A stretch of 64,000 bases of DNA, taken from Diplonema japonicum. Its lineage: Eukaryota > Protista > Euglenozoa: Diplonemea. Made by a program: the position numbers and the translations under genes. The notes beneath the pieces were generated by a model, which saw only the letters and a program-made list of their open reading frames with translations, was not told the origin of the DNA and ran no database searches. Shown one piece after another: positions 20,579 through 32,934 of this stretch. The stretch spans positions 186,001-250,000 of the forward strand of contig OZ025734.1 of NCBI GenBank assembly GCA_964019335.1, in the 5' to 3' direction. Positions within the stretch are counted from its first letter, which is position 1, and the number at the start of each line of letters is the position of its first letter.

Positions 20579-21408
20579 TTTTTTTTTTTTTTTTTTAATT
20601 ATTCCCCACACCCCACCCCCCTTCTTTTTTTATTTTTTAAATATTCAAAAGGAATAGGTGATTCCTCCCGCTTTTAAGGGGGAGAACCAATCTGACACAA
20701 GCGCGAAGACCTAACGCTGCACAGGTGTCTGTCGCAGCAACGAAAGGCGCTTAAGCTGTGTGGGCCGTCTCTTTTAGGATTCATCTCAGAGAGGACAAGT
20801 CACGGTGCACTCCGCAAAGGGGTCATCAGAGGCCGTGTGCAAAACTCTTATGGTTTATTTCTTATTTTTTAGGGTTTTTTTTTTTAATCTTTTGTTCAGA
20901 AGGAATCCAACTTTTTTCAAAAATATCGATCTCAGCTGGAAAAGGAGAACCCTTTCCATCGAGTGGTTAATTAAACATGTATTTTGAACGATCATCATTT
21001 TTTTTCTTTTTTTTTTTTTTTCCTTGCAAAACCCATATCATTCTTCGTTCTATCAAAGTTGTGTTGCACTCAAAAAAGTAAAAATAAAAAAAGAAAGCAA
21101 AATGAAGATTTAAAAAAGAAAGAAAATAAATAAAGTTCACAAAAATAGAAAACTGAAAAACAAAAAGCTGAACGTTCCGAGTTTGCAGGTAAGGTAACAC
21201 AAAGCGGAGTGATGTGTGCCAAAAGCCAACACCAGCAAAAGTGCCACGAAGTGGGAGCGAGAAGGGTTGGTGGACACACCACTGCAAAGCTTCAAGAAAA
21301 AAAAGGGGGAGGGGGAATGGAAAATGATTCAAAAACTCTTTTTGATTTTCTCTCAACTCAACCCAATAACTAAAAGTCCCCCCCACCACCACGACCACCA
21401 CCACCTAT

Positions 21409-22934
21409 CTACTTCTTCTTAGCGATGACCTTCTCAGTGGTCTTGGTGACCTTGCCAAGCATGACGACCCCGTTGCCCTCCATGATAGCGACACGGGAGA
21501 GACCCTCGCAGTTCTTGAAGGTGTCGACGACGAGGGGCTGCTGGGGGGCGAAGACGACCTCAGCCATCTCGTTGGCCTTCAGGCAGTGGGGCTCCTCCGC
21601 CTTCTTCCCCCCAGTCTCCTTCCCCATCTTCCACACCAGCTGGGTCATCCTCACGGCGGACCTCCCCGTCCTCACGAAGCACACGGGGGTGTACCCGACC
21701 TTCAGCTCACCGGGATGGTCCAGGATCTGCACCTGCGCGTTGAAGGTCCCGGCCTCCTTCAGGGAGGCGTCCTTCTTGTAGATCATCACGTCACCGGTCC
21801 TCGGCATGTTGTCCTTGTTGAGACCCTTCACGTTCAGCCCCACGTTGTCACCAGCCTTGGCGTCCTCGCACCTCTTGTGGTGCATCTCGCAGGTGAAGAC
21901 CTTCCCCACGCAAGCGTTGGCGGCCGTGTGGGTGGGGAGGAAGAGCACTTCCTCACCTGGCTTCACGATACCTTGCTCCACACGGCCGGTAATAACATCA
22001 CCGACACCCTTGATCTGTGTTTTTGTGTTGTGTTGGTGTTGTGTTGTGTTGTGTTGGTGTTGTGTTGTGTTGTGTTGTGTTGTGTTGTGTTGAGTGTGTG
22101 TTTTCTTTCGTGTCTTCTCTCACATACCTTGTACACACCCGAAACAGGCATCCTCATAGGAGCATCGTTCTTCCTCTCAGGCATCCTCACCATCTTGTCA
22201 AGGGCATCAACAAGGGTGTCGATGTGGAGCTTCTCGTCAGCCCCGACGAGGACATCCTGACCCTTCCACCAGTCCATCTTGGTCGACTTCTTCAGAAGGT
22301 TGTCACCGATCCAACCCGAGATGGGGAGGACGGGGACGTTCTTCTCAACGAAGTCCTTCTTCCAACCGGTCTTCACCAACATGCTCTTCATCTCCTCCTT
22401 GATCTCGTTGTACCTCTCCTCCTTGTACTGCGCGACGTCGCAGTCCATCTTGTTGATCCCGACGATGAGCTGCTTCACACCGAGCAGGTTGATGAGACGG
22501 GCGTGCTGCCTGGTCTGCCCCTGGATCTCACCAGCCTTGTGGTTCCCCCTCGCGATCGCCGACACGAAGTTCCCGTCAGCGGGGATCATCAGGAGCGCCA
22601 CGTCCGCCTGCGAGGCCCCGGTGATCATGTTCTTGATGAAGTCCCTGTGCCCAGGGGCGTCGATCACCGTGTAGTGCCACTTCTCCGTGAAGAACTCCTT
22701 CGTCGTGCAGGCGATCGTCACACCACGCTCGCGCTCCTCCTTCTGCCTGTCCATGTAGAAGGCGAAGGCGAAGGACTGCTTCCCGAGACGCTCCGCCTCA
22801 GCCTTCAACTTCTCCATCTCACGCTCGGGTATCCCACCCAGCTCGAAGAGGAGACGCCCCGTCGTCGTCGACTTCCCAGAGTCCACGTGACCGCAGATCA
22901 CGATCGACAAGTGCTGCTTACCGTCCGTTGCCAT
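21409..22934 (-). CDS. EFL: Elongation factor-like GTPase (EFL), 2 exons, 470 aa
   Basis: GHVDSGKST, FAFAFYMD and the EFL-type insertion GNHKAGEIQGQTRQH. Exons 22934-22128 and 22014-21409 join across a phase-0 GT-AG intron to give GVYK/IKGVGD. Confidence 0.95.
22015..22127 (-). other. Spliceosomal intron (113 nt) with (ACACA)n microsatellite
   Basis: GTATGT...AAACACAG; removing it restores the EFL frame. Confidence 0.92.
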
Positions 22935-22956
22935 CTTTAGTTTTTTGCCCCTGTAG

Positions 22957-22963
22957 GTGTGTG

Positions 22964-22992
<29 letters not shown>
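22957..22992. repeat. (GT)n/(CA)n microsatellite just upstream of a probable AG splice acceptor of EFL
   Basis: Minus strand reads (CA)n-CCTACAG, ending 17 nt before the EFL ATG. Confidence 0.7.
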
Positions 22993-22994
<2 letters not shown>

Positions 22995-23247
22995 GGTGGG
23001 GAGAATAGTAGAAGGAGAAGAAACATATATAAAAAAGGTCGTCTCGATTGTAGCGGTGCCATGCATGCGTGACACAGCGGCCACCCTTTTGAAGCTTCGC
23101 CCCTAAGCCTCCCAAGTCACCTGTCGTCCCGTAGAAAGTAAAAGTGGAGAGGTAAAGAAAGCTTTTGAAATAGGGAGAGGGGCCACAGAAGCCACTTAAC
23201 ACCAACTGGAAAGATGTTGTGGGAGGTATGCTTCACCTATAGGAGAT

Positions 23248-23510
23248 CTGTTAATACTCCCCTTCTGGAGCATTGCTTTCATCCCGATCGAGGCCGTGAG
23301 TGTCTTGCGGAGTCGAGTGATGCGGTCGCTTGTAGGCGGTTTTCAATTCCATTAGCTTGTCGTGCGTGGAGTGGGTGGCGAAAATGCGCCTCCTGGAGAA
23401 GCCAATAGCTGCCTTACCTCCAATGGCGATGAGACTTCACTCTTTTCTGCTCGTCTGCTAGGAAGGGTTGTCGCTTCTTCCGTGCCCTGCATGCTGAACA
23501 AGGAAGAATG
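23248..23510 (-). mobile_element. 5'-truncated non-LTR retrotransposon remnant (ORF2 C-terminus)
   Basis: Highly similar to 34090-34267. Translation (SLIAIGGKAAIGFSRR.IFA..STH...LQKGSINR) resembles the end of ORF2 at 57900 (AVTGYSTRPIFA...QKGSNTR). Confidence 0.7.
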
Positions 23511-23559
23511 AAAGAAACAGGTGGGAGAAAGAAGAGATAACAATAACAACACTAGCTCT

Positions 23560-26500
23560 TCACTGCCTTTCATCGTGGTCTTCGTACTTCCTCTTCACAC
23601 CCCTCTTTTCGGGAGAAGCTTCCTTGCGCCTTGCCAGAAGAAGTGCCCGAATGGACTCAACGTTACCCCACTCAGCCGCGTAGAACAGTGGGGTGTGCCC
23701 CTCCCCGTCCCTCACACAAGGGTCCTGCTCGTAGGAATCCAGTAGCAGCTGCATCGTCTCAGTACAGCATGCAGCAGCCATGTGCAACGGGGTGTGCCCC
23801 TCCCCGTCCCTCACACAAGGGTCCTGCTTGTACTCATCGATGAGGAGCTTCACCACCTCCAAGCTGCCCCTTGCTGCATAGTGCAAGGGTGTCTCGCCAT
23901 CGTTGTCCCTCATGCTAGGGTCCACTTTGCACTCATCGAGGAGGTACCTCAGCACCTCCATGCACCCTTCACTTGCTGCTTCGTGAATTGCGGTGTTTCC
24001 AATGTCTGACTCGGTGCAAGGGTCAAGCTTGCACTCTTCGACAAAGTACTTCACCACATCAACTTGGTTGTTCCTTGCCGCCCTTTGCAAGGGTGTGGTG
24101 CCTGTGCAAGGGTCCTTCATCCCAGGATCAAGCTTGCAGACTTCAGTGAGATACCTGACTACATGCAGCTGTCCCTTCTCCGCTGCGATGTCCATGGGTG
24201 CACAATCGTCTGTGTTCCTTGAGCCAGGGTTTTGCTTGTGAACATCAACAAGGTGCCTCACTGCCTCCAGCTGACCACCTTGTGCTGCATACATAATCGG
24301 CGTGAATTCCCTGTCCTGGACCGTCAGCTCCTGCTTGTAAACATTGACGAGACAGTCCATTGCTCCTAGCTTGCCATTCTCCGCAGCGAAGTGGAGAGGT
24401 GTGGTGCCGGCTGTGTCCCTTGCCCCAGGGTCCAGCTTGTACTCGTCGATGAGGAGCCTCATGACCTCAACATGACCATTAATTGCTGCCACATGAAGGT
24501 AGGAGGTTCCTTCATCATCCACAAGGCTGGGGTCAAGCCTGCACTCTTCGATGAAATACCTCATCACATCAGCATGGTTCGCCATTACCGCCCAGTACAA
24601 ACCTCTCCTGTTCTTTATCCCACCAGGGTCAACCTTGCAGACTTCAGTGAGATACCTGACAACATGCAAATGGTTGCTACACACAGCAAGGTCTATGGGT
24701 GCCATGCCTCTATTGTCTCTCAAATGGGGGTCCAGCTTTAAGTCACTCACGAGCCACTCCAGTGATTGAAGCCCTCCTCCTTGTGCTGCGTGGTGGACGA
24801 GAGTTGTACCACAGGGTTCTGCAAACGCAGGGTCTTGCTTGCACTCTTCGACAAAATGTCTCATGACATCAACTTGGTTGTTCATTGCCGCCCTGTGCAA
24901 GGGTGTGATGCCTGTCCCATCCTTCATCCCAGGGTCAAGCTTGCAGACTTCAGTGAGATACCTGACCACATGCAGCTGTCCCTTCTCTGCTGCGATGTCT
25001 ATGAGTCCGTTGCCACCTGTGGTCCTTGAGCCAGGGTTTTGCTTGTGAACTTCGACAAGGTGCCTCACTGCCTCCAGCTGACCACACTCTACTGCCCACA
25101 TAAGCGGTGTAACGAAGAAACTATTCTCGACCGTCAGCTCCTGCTTGTATACATTGACGAGACAGTCAATTGCCGCAAGCTTGCCATTCAGAGCAGCGAA
25201 GTGGAGAGGTGTGGTGCCGTTGGTGTCCCTTGCCCCAGGGTCCTGCTTGTACTCGTCGATGAGGAGCCTCATGGCCTCCACGTGACCTCCTATTGCCGCC
25301 CTGTGAATGTGAGCACAGCCCTCATCGTCCTCACCGCTCGGGTCTTGCTTGCACTCTTCGATGAAATACCTCATCACATCAACTTGGTTGTGCATTGCCG
25401 CCCTTTGCAAGGGTGTGGTGCCTCCTCCATCCTTCATCCCAGGGTCAAGCTTGCAGACTTCAGTGAGATATTTGACCACATGCAGTCCACATTCAGCTGC
25501 GATGTCCATGGGCGCGAAGCCGTTTGTGGTCCTTGAGCCAGGGTTTTGCTTGTGAACTTCGACAAGGTGCCTCACTGCCTCCAGCTCACTATACTCCACA
25601 GCATACATAAGCGGTGTAACAAAGAATCTATTCTCTACCGTCAGCTCTTGCTTGTAAACATTGACGAGACAGTCAATTGCCTCAAGCTTGCCATACAGAG
25701 CAGCGAAGTGGAGAGGTGTGGTGCCTACCGCGTTCCTTGCCCCAGGGTCCAGCTTGTACTCGTCGATGAGGAGCCTCATGGCCTCCACATGACCATTAAT
25801 TGCTGCCACATGAAGGTAGGAGGTTCCTTCATCATCCACAAGGCTGGGGTCAAGCTTGCACTCTTCGATGAAATACCTCATCACATCAGCATGGTTCTTT
25901 CTTACCGCCCAGTACAAGCTGCTCTTATTCTTCATCCCACCAGGGTCAACCTTGCAGACTTCAGTGAGATACCTGACAACATGCAAGTGGTTGCTACACA
26001 CAGCAAGGTCTATGGGTGCCATGCCTCTATTGTCTCTCAAATGGGGGTCCAGCTTAAAGTCACTCACGAGCCACTCCAGTGATTGAAGCCTTCCCGCTTC
26101 CGCTGCGTGGTGGACGAGAGTTGCACCACTGAGTTCCACAACCGCAGGGTCTTGCTTGCACTCCTCAATGAGATACTTCATAGCCTCGAACTGGCCTTTT
26201 GTGAGAAGGACTGCAACAAGGCCATCGACAGTCGGGGTCGCAGGGTCTATCTTGCACACCTCAATGAGGTACCTCAAGGCCTCTACATGACCCCCCAGTG
26301 CCGCCCTGTGAATGTGAGCATAGCCCTCATCGTCCTTACTGCTTGGGTCTTGCTTGCACTCTTCGACAAAATACTTCATCACATCAACTTGGTTGTTCGC
26401 TGCCGCCCTGTGTAAGGGTGTGGTGCCTTCCCCATCCTCCATCCCAGGGTCAAGCTTGCAGACTTCAGTGAGATACCTGACCACATGCAGCTGCCCACAT

Positions 26501-26952
26501 TCAGCTGCGATGTCCATGGGTGCGAAGCCGCCTGTGGTCCTTGAGCCAGGGTTTTGCTTGTAAACATCAACAAGGTGCCTCACTGCCTCCAGCTGACCAA
26601 ATTGTGCTGCATACATAATCGGGGTGAATATTTTGTCCTGGACCGTCAGCTCCTGCTTGTAAACATTGACGAGACAGTCAATTGCCGCAAGCTTGCCATA
26701 CAGAGCAGCGAAGTGGAGAGGTGTGGTGCCGTTGGTGTTCCTTGCCCCAGGGTCCAGCTTGTACTCGTCGATGAGGAGCCTCATGGCAGCGACCTGATCG
26801 TGCTTTGCTGCAGTGTGCAAAACTGTCCAACCGCACGGACCAGTCACACTTCTGTGAACCCCGTACATCCGAATGATTGCCTTCATGTGTTGGAGGTTGC
26901 CTGTTGCAGCAGCGGACTTCACCGTGCCAAACACTTCATTGTCCTCATCCAT
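23560..26952 (-). CDS. Ankyrin-repeat protein (~30 repeats)
   Basis: Recurrent TPLH.AA..G...RYL.E.CK.DP units with near-identical internal nucleotide duplications. Confidence 0.93.
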   Translation of the reverse strand: MDEDNEVFGTVKSAAATGNLQHMKAIIRMYGVHRSVTGPCGWTVLHTAAKHDQVAAMRLLIDEYKLDPGARNTNGTTPLHFAALYGKLAAIDCLVNVYKQELTVQDKIFTPIMYAAQFGQLEAVRHLVDVYKQNPGSRTTGGFAPMDIAAECGQLHVVRYLTEVCKLDPGMEDGEGTTPLHRAAANNQVDVMKYFVEECKQDPSSKDDEGYAHIHRAALGGHVEALRYLIEVCKIDPATPTVDGLVAVLLTKGQFEAMKYLIEECKQDPAVVELSGATLVHHAAEAGRLQSLEWLVSDFKLDPHLRDNRGMAPIDLAVCSNHLHVVRYLTEVCKVDPGGMKNKSSLYWAVRKNHADVMRYFIEECKLDPSLVDDEGTSYLHVAAINGHVEAMRLLIDEYKLDPGARNAVGTTPLHFAALYGKLEAIDCLVNVYKQELTVENRFFVTPLMYAVEYSELEAVRHLVEVHKQNPGSRTTNGFAPMDIAAECGLHVVKYLTEVCKLDPGMKDGGGTTPLQRAAMHNQVDVMRYFIEECKQDPSGEDDEGCAHIHRAAIGGHVEAMRLLIDEYKQDPGARDTNGTTPLHFAALNGKLAAIDCLVNVYKQELTVENSFFVTPLMWAVECGQLEAVRHLVEVHKQNPGSRTTGGNGLIDIAAEKGQLHVVRYLTEVCKLDPGMKDGTGITPLHRAAMNNQVDVMRHFVEECKQDPAFAEPCGTTLVHHAAQGGGLQSLEWLVSDLKLDPHLRDNRGMAPIDLAVCSNHLHVVRYLTEVCKVDPGGIKNRRGLYWAVMANHADVMRYFIEECRLDPSLVDDEGTSYLHVAAINGHVEVMRLLIDEYKLDPGARDTAGTTPLHFAAENGKLGAMDCLVNVYKQELTVQDREFTPIMYAAQGGQLEAVRHLVDVHKQNPGSRNTDDCAPMDIAAEKGQLHVVRYLTEVCKLDPGMKDPCTGTTPLQRAARNNQVDVVKYFVEECKLDPCTESDIGNTAIHEAASEGCMEVLRYLLDECKVDPSMRDNDGETPLHYAARGSLEVVKLLIDEYKQDPCVRDGEGHTPLHMAAACCTETMQLLLDSYEQDPCVRDGEGHTPLFYAAEWGNVESIRALLLARRKEASPEKRGVKRKYEDHDERQ

Positions 26953-27899
26953 GTTGCCTGTGCTGCTTGGGTGAAGGAGATTAGTGGTTGCTGAAACATT
27001 AGTTTCGAGATTCGGAAAGAATTGTCAAGCTCCTTTTTTTTTTTTTCTTGCTCCTTCTCTTTTAGAAACTTTCAATTTTGGGAGGAAAACAATCTGACAC
27101 AAAAGCGCGACGATGCGCGTGCCTTTGACACCACCCTCATTGTTAATTTCATTTATATATTAAGCGATCTCAAGATCCGTCTTCGGCTACTGTTGGTGGT
27201 GGTGGCCCCGGACCGACCGACAGTTCCAATGCAGCTTCCCACCAAACAACGGCAAGCAGAATTGAGCTCCACTATTTTTGTTTTTTTGCCAACCGGCAGG
27301 AGGGGCAACGCGGTCTATATTCCACGTTAGCTCAGGCCCGATATTGTGCCTATCTATGGTGGATCGGACTTCCTTCGCGAATTTCCCTGTCTATCTCCTT
27401 ATGCTGTGCGCTATAACGCTGTAACCTTTGGCTGCACACAGCCTATTCGCCAACAATAGTTTCGAGATTAGGAAAAATTGTCACGCTCCTTTTTTTTAAA
27501 AAGAAAATTAGGCTAGAAGAATAAAATCAGATTCCACTTTATTTCACGCCCAGGCCCGCCCGTTTTGTTAAATAATAACTACTGTAAAACGAAAGAACCC
27601 GGAAGAGAAAAGAGAAAAACTTCCGGCCTGATTTTGTGGGTGTCTTTTGGTTGGTATTTTAAGAGGGTTTTGCTGAAATTAGGCCCAGGAGTGAAATAAT
27701 ACTTCTTAGAGAAAAACCACAAACATGGCAACCAAATGAAAATTTTACACCGTTCAAAGCAACCTGAACTTCATTTTCCACCAAACACGTAAACCCTGTA
27801 AACCATCAAAACTTTCCTTTAGGAAACCTAATTTCGAATTTCAACCAAACACGGAGCCTTTCGCATTTTCGTTTTTTTTTTTTTTTTTTTTTTTTTCTT

Positions 27900-29320
27900 T
27901 GACTATTTGGCGAAGCATGTTGCAACAACAGGAATAAATGATACAAAAGGAAGAACGCCAGTTTTGCAGCTTGAAAACAGAGGAGATTGAGGGGTTACGT
28001 AAGACATGGAAACTGGACAAAGCGAGTTTAAATTTGTTTCTGCAGCATATTAAGAACACAACACTCTTAAGAAAGGCTGGAAAGAGGTTCGGGTGCTTCA
28101 AGTGCAGCCACACAACAGAAGGTTGCGCATTGTCTCGAGAAGGTTCTGTGTCGTCAACAGAGTCAAGCCCGCAAGTCCTGCTAATGAAAGTCCGTCTGAA
28201 AACAATCGCAAACAAGGTGAAACACTCCGTAAGACTTTCACCTGAGTATAGTAACCCCATTTAGCGAACGGACCAGAAACAGTGGTTCCACTCGTCGGAT
28301 AGTGGACCGACAAAGCAGCTGCTGAGCCAGCTCGCTGGAGGAGAAGATGAGGTGCCGAAGCTGGTGATCGACGCAGTTGGGAGGGTAGCGCTATGGAGCA
28401 CCTTGTTGGAGACTTCGGAGCCTTTCTATCAGATTTGAACGTGCAGCAAAGGCGAGATGTTTCCTCGATCCTTTCCGAAGCCTCTTGGTCGAAGCCAGAG
28501 CTGTCCCGAGTGGTGACGGTCGGGCGAAAGCTGTTTGAGAACAAGAGTGAGATAGTTGGTGCGGCTGGTCGCCCCAGCGTGTTAACACCTGTCATCAGGA
28601 CAGAAATTGCTGCCGACCTCTACGACCAATCATCGTCGACATCGACAATTTGTCGCAAAGCGACCAAGCGACCAGGAGGGGGACCCAGTCGTCTTTCGCA
28701 ACCTGAGCCACGGGTGGAGATCGTTGTACAATTCTTGTCCGTCTGGGAAAATGGTGGAATACAAAACGACGCACAGATGTCTGTGACTATTGTCTGGAAG
28801 CAAAAAAAAAAAACAGACATCTTTCCATTCGCGTGCTTTCTACTTGCAATTCTAGTATCACACTGGATAGTACAGCCAGCGTATCGCAGATGCGAGATAA
28901 GCTCGCCGAGCTTCAAGACCTATCAAAATCGACAAGAAGTCGACTCGCAGCCGCAATAAACATAGTTCCAGAAGCAGCAACAGCAGTATCGGCGTGCCTT
29001 GAAGAACCCGGGTGAGCAGATCGTCCACAGTGTGCTTTGCGCCGAAAGCGTGAGAGGTTCAAACGGGCTCTTGAAAAGTCTGAAAAGGGGGAATCCAGTG
29101 TCCAAAAGAGAAAGGCCGAAAAGGAGAAAAAGGGGTCAAAAAAAGAGGTTTTGCACCTACCACTCGCGTGATGAAGTCGCGAAATAATATACGGCCACTG
29201 CTGGGCAAACTCCTCAAGAAGTACGAAAACGGTGCTTCTCCAAAACTGTCTGCAGCCGTTTTCACGCTGAAGAACAAATGAAAGCCTACACCGACACAAC
29301 TTTTCACAGAATGGATGCTG
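27900..29320 (+). pseudogene. Degenerate plus-strand coding remnant, possibly a DNA transposase
   Basis: Broken ORFs 27938-28264 and 28393-28959 with coding-like composition, opposite to the gene cluster. GRPSVLT and KKKTDIFP..C resemble transposase fragments; the family is not established. Confidence 0.3.
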
Positions 29321-30828
29321 GATACAAAAAAAAAAAATAAATAAATAAATAAAACGTAAGAAGAAAAAGGAAAGAGATGCGGGAGGAGGAGTAGGGGGGG
29401 AAAGGGTGTTTTTGGTTTGCACTCACGGGGGTACCCATCCTTAGTGAAACCATAACATTTAAAAGAGTTCCGCGTCTTTTTACGCACGCCAGTCATACTA
29501 GCGGCCTCGCCCCGTTCAGGAAGAGGCAAGAGGTGGGGAGGGGAGGGGAGGGGATAAATAGGTATAAAGTGTTGCAAGCGCAGCTATCTAGAGTAAAAGC
29601 TTCTCACGAAAAAAAAAAAAAAAAGAAAGTAAGAAACGATTTTTTTTTTTTGTTAAGATTTCAACCTGCAACGAGACTAGTAAAGGAAATGAGCAAAAAG
29701 ATATTCTCTGTGCACAGGCCCAACGAAAGTAAACTCGATAAAATTTCAGTGTGCATGGGGGTGCTCACAGTAAAAAAGAAGGGGGGGGGGAGGGGTGAAA
29801 ACACAACAATGAAAAAAAAAAAAAGAAATTCCCTATGATTGGAAACGAAGTGGGTAGCAACGGCCCACAAAATCAAAAAAAAAAAAAAAAAGGAAAGACA
29901 GCACAATGACACGGGGGGAATGAGACGAATGGGGGAGATGGAAAAAAAAAAGAAAAGAGAAAAAAAAGAAGAAAAACTAGTGTTGGCGTTTCTTCTTGTG
30001 TGCGCACGAGTGGACGTTCCCCCTTTTTTTTTTGTTTAGACAAGTTGGACTTGTCCCTGCAATATTCTTGAAAACAAATACTGTGCGAGAATGAAAAGAA
30101 TACAAAAGAAAAAAGTTAGCTATACCAATCTCTAAAATCCGATATTGGCCTCCCTTCCGTTAGGAGGACTTCCAATATTTGTAAGCACAACGTTGTCCCA
30201 ACCTTCTTTTTGACAACAATAACAAGTATTTGCTGTAAAAAAAAAAAAAGAACATGAAGGGGGGAATCTTGACACGAATAAAGGGGAAGAAAATGGAGAG
30301 TGGGCATACGGGGAATCTTCAAATGCTAGTAAAAAAAAAAAAAAGAAAAAAGAGGTTTTTCCCCCCCTCCCCTCCCCTGCCTATACTCAAACAACAGTTA
30401 GGACAGCAAGGTGAAGTATGAAGTATGACCATAGGAAAGGATCGTTTAAGCGCTTTTTTTTCTTTTTTTTTTTTTTTGAAGGCGTTGGTTCGGTTTTCTT
30501 TTTTCTTTTTATTTCCCTTCTTTTTTTTTTTTTTTTTTCTCATTTTAATTCGTTCGAAACTGTAGGAAAAAAAAAAAAGAGGACCTTGGCATTACTATGA
30601 ACAACTTGCCCAAACAGTCCCACCTTTTTTCTTTCTCCTTTTTTTTCCTTTTTTTTTTTTATCACGACAAAAAAAAAAAAAAAAAAAAATCAAAGACAAG
30701 GTTAAAAATCACATGAACATTTCACACGACGAAAGAAGGGGGGAGAGAGTACCAATAAGGAAATAATACCGGATTTGTATTTTATTATTGTTATGTAAAA
30801 GAAAAAAAAAAAAAAAAAGCTACGATCC

Positions 30829-32934
30829 TCAAGCAGTTTGACTGTACACAGCAAACGCGGCAATTACACCGAAATAAGCACAAACAAGCGCAATGCCCTT
30901 TTGCTTCCCGAGGGACGCTTTGTTTAGTTTGTGATAATATGCCAGCCCAAGCGTCATCCCAACATTCAAACAAACCCCGCCAGCCTGAAAATAAGCAGCA
31001 CCCTGCAACGCGGTGACGTTCTCGACGTGAATATGCTCACCCTTCGCAAGATTCGAGATCAACCAGGGCAACCCAAGCCCGATAAAAACATTCACATTCT
31101 GACTTCCAATTGCATTAGAACAAGCCATCGACCCATACCCACGTTTGGCAACGGTAACGGACTGAATACAATCTGGGATTTCTGCTCCTATACTGATCAT
31201 TAAAAGCCCCATGAACCCTGTTCCGAGACCGCTCTTGTCGGCCCACCTCGAGGCGATATTGGAAATGACAAATGAGAAAACGGCGACCCAAATAAACGAA
31301 ACCGTGAAGGTTAACGGGTAGATCTTTTCTCTATACCACACCTCTGGTTCCTTCTCGTCGTTGTCCAGACCCTGTTCCTCGGTGTCGGGGGTTTCATAGG
31401 CTGGAATTGTGTATTTGAACACAAATCTCCAAACATCAACGAAAACCATAAACGGTTTCAGATACACCGCAAACCGGCTTTTCTTCCTGTTATTGTCGTC
31501 CCTCCACCATTGGTGCCGCCACATGCTAATCGCGCTGTACCCAGTCGAACCGGAATCTGATGAGGAGTCGTATTCGTAATCAGTACGGGCGACTCTCTGG
31601 TTGAGATCGTTGATGGCAAGCTCGTACTGTTTTCTGTCCAACGCGCCGATGCCAAAGGCGTACTTTAGAGCCTCGCTTCGTTTTTGGTGGGATTCTGCCA
31701 GTGTGTCGATTTTGTCTGTAAAGGAAGAATCTGTACTCTGAACAGGGCGTAAGTCGGAGAAAGGCAGCCCACTCGATTCTGTTCCATCGTTCCATCTCAC
31801 AGTATAACTGCCGTCTTCGTCATCACGAGCTGCTACAGTAGCGTTGAGGAATTTGTCTTGGTTCGTGTGGTAGCCAGCTACGTTTGACCCCGTCTTCCAT
31901 TCTTGAATGATGGGAATGTCGCGGGTTTCCAGTATCCGGACTATTTTAGCGATAGCTCGTTCGCAACCTTTATTGTCCAGTTCTATGTTGGGCTGTGATT
32001 CGGACAGGCTTATTTCATGCGCGTTGTCGCCTAGGATGAATTTCACCCCTTTCTCAAACGTACCCATTGGGGTCCCTTTGAACGTCATTACGTGTTCTCC
32101 GGTCGTGTGGAAAACGCATTCGTCCCCAGTTTTACTGTAGAAAGTAACGTTCTGGATCGATTTGATCTGTCTGCCGTTTAAAGAAGGCGATGCTGGAAGG
32201 AGCTGGCGTGATTCCGGTAAGTTCTTTCGAAACCTGGCACGGATCCGCGGAGAGACCACCACAACGCAAATATAAATCGCGTACGTCAATAGCATAATCA
32301 ACGCCTCGAAGGTTTTTATCGCACCGTCGTGGAAAAAAATGCAAAGCTCGATAATCCCCACCGAATACGCAATTATATCTCTCGCCAACGGCCGTCTTTT
32401 AAGTTGCAAGGGTTTGGGATGGCCTCCAAAGACACCACAGAAACCGGGGATGAGCATGAACGCTATCATACCAGAGCCTATAATCGCTGATATTCCCAAA
32501 TCGGTGGAACCGTCGCTTGCTTTCATTGTCGCTACCGCATTTACGATGATTTCGGGTGCTGCGGAACCAAAGGCCATGAAGGTGCAGCCGGCGATGTCGT
32601 CTCTGATGCCCCATCTTAGGCACAGGGTTTCTAAGGAGAGGACTAGGTAGTCGTCGCATACAATGGCCAGTGCCAGGAAGCACCAGAAGAACAGGAAGAC
32701 TTCAAGGAGGACACCTGGGAAGGTCCCGTCAAGCTTTTCCAAGCACATGTTCTCCGCGAACTCGCTCATCGTGCAGTTGAACGGTCCCTCGTCCGACCCG
32801 CTGCTGCTGTCGCTGTTGCTGTTGCTCGTGTTCCCGACCTCGTCGTTTAAATGAAACGGAATTAGAACCTCCGCCATGCACCCTGATGCGAATGACAGAA
32901 GCGCGAGACCCAGCAATATTGACCGTTGGCTGAT

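Noticed and set aside
21409-22934. Annotation as canonical EF-1alpha or as two separate genes
   Set aside because: EFL-specific motifs are present, and a GT-AG intron joins the two ORFs in frame.
22017-22940. 307-aa plus-strand ORF
   Set aside because: Antisense shadow of the strongly codon-biased EFL gene.
23560-26952. Regularly spaced repeats resembling a CRISPR array
   Set aside because: They are in-frame ankyrin coding repeats; there are no unique spacers or cas genes, and the context is eukaryotic.
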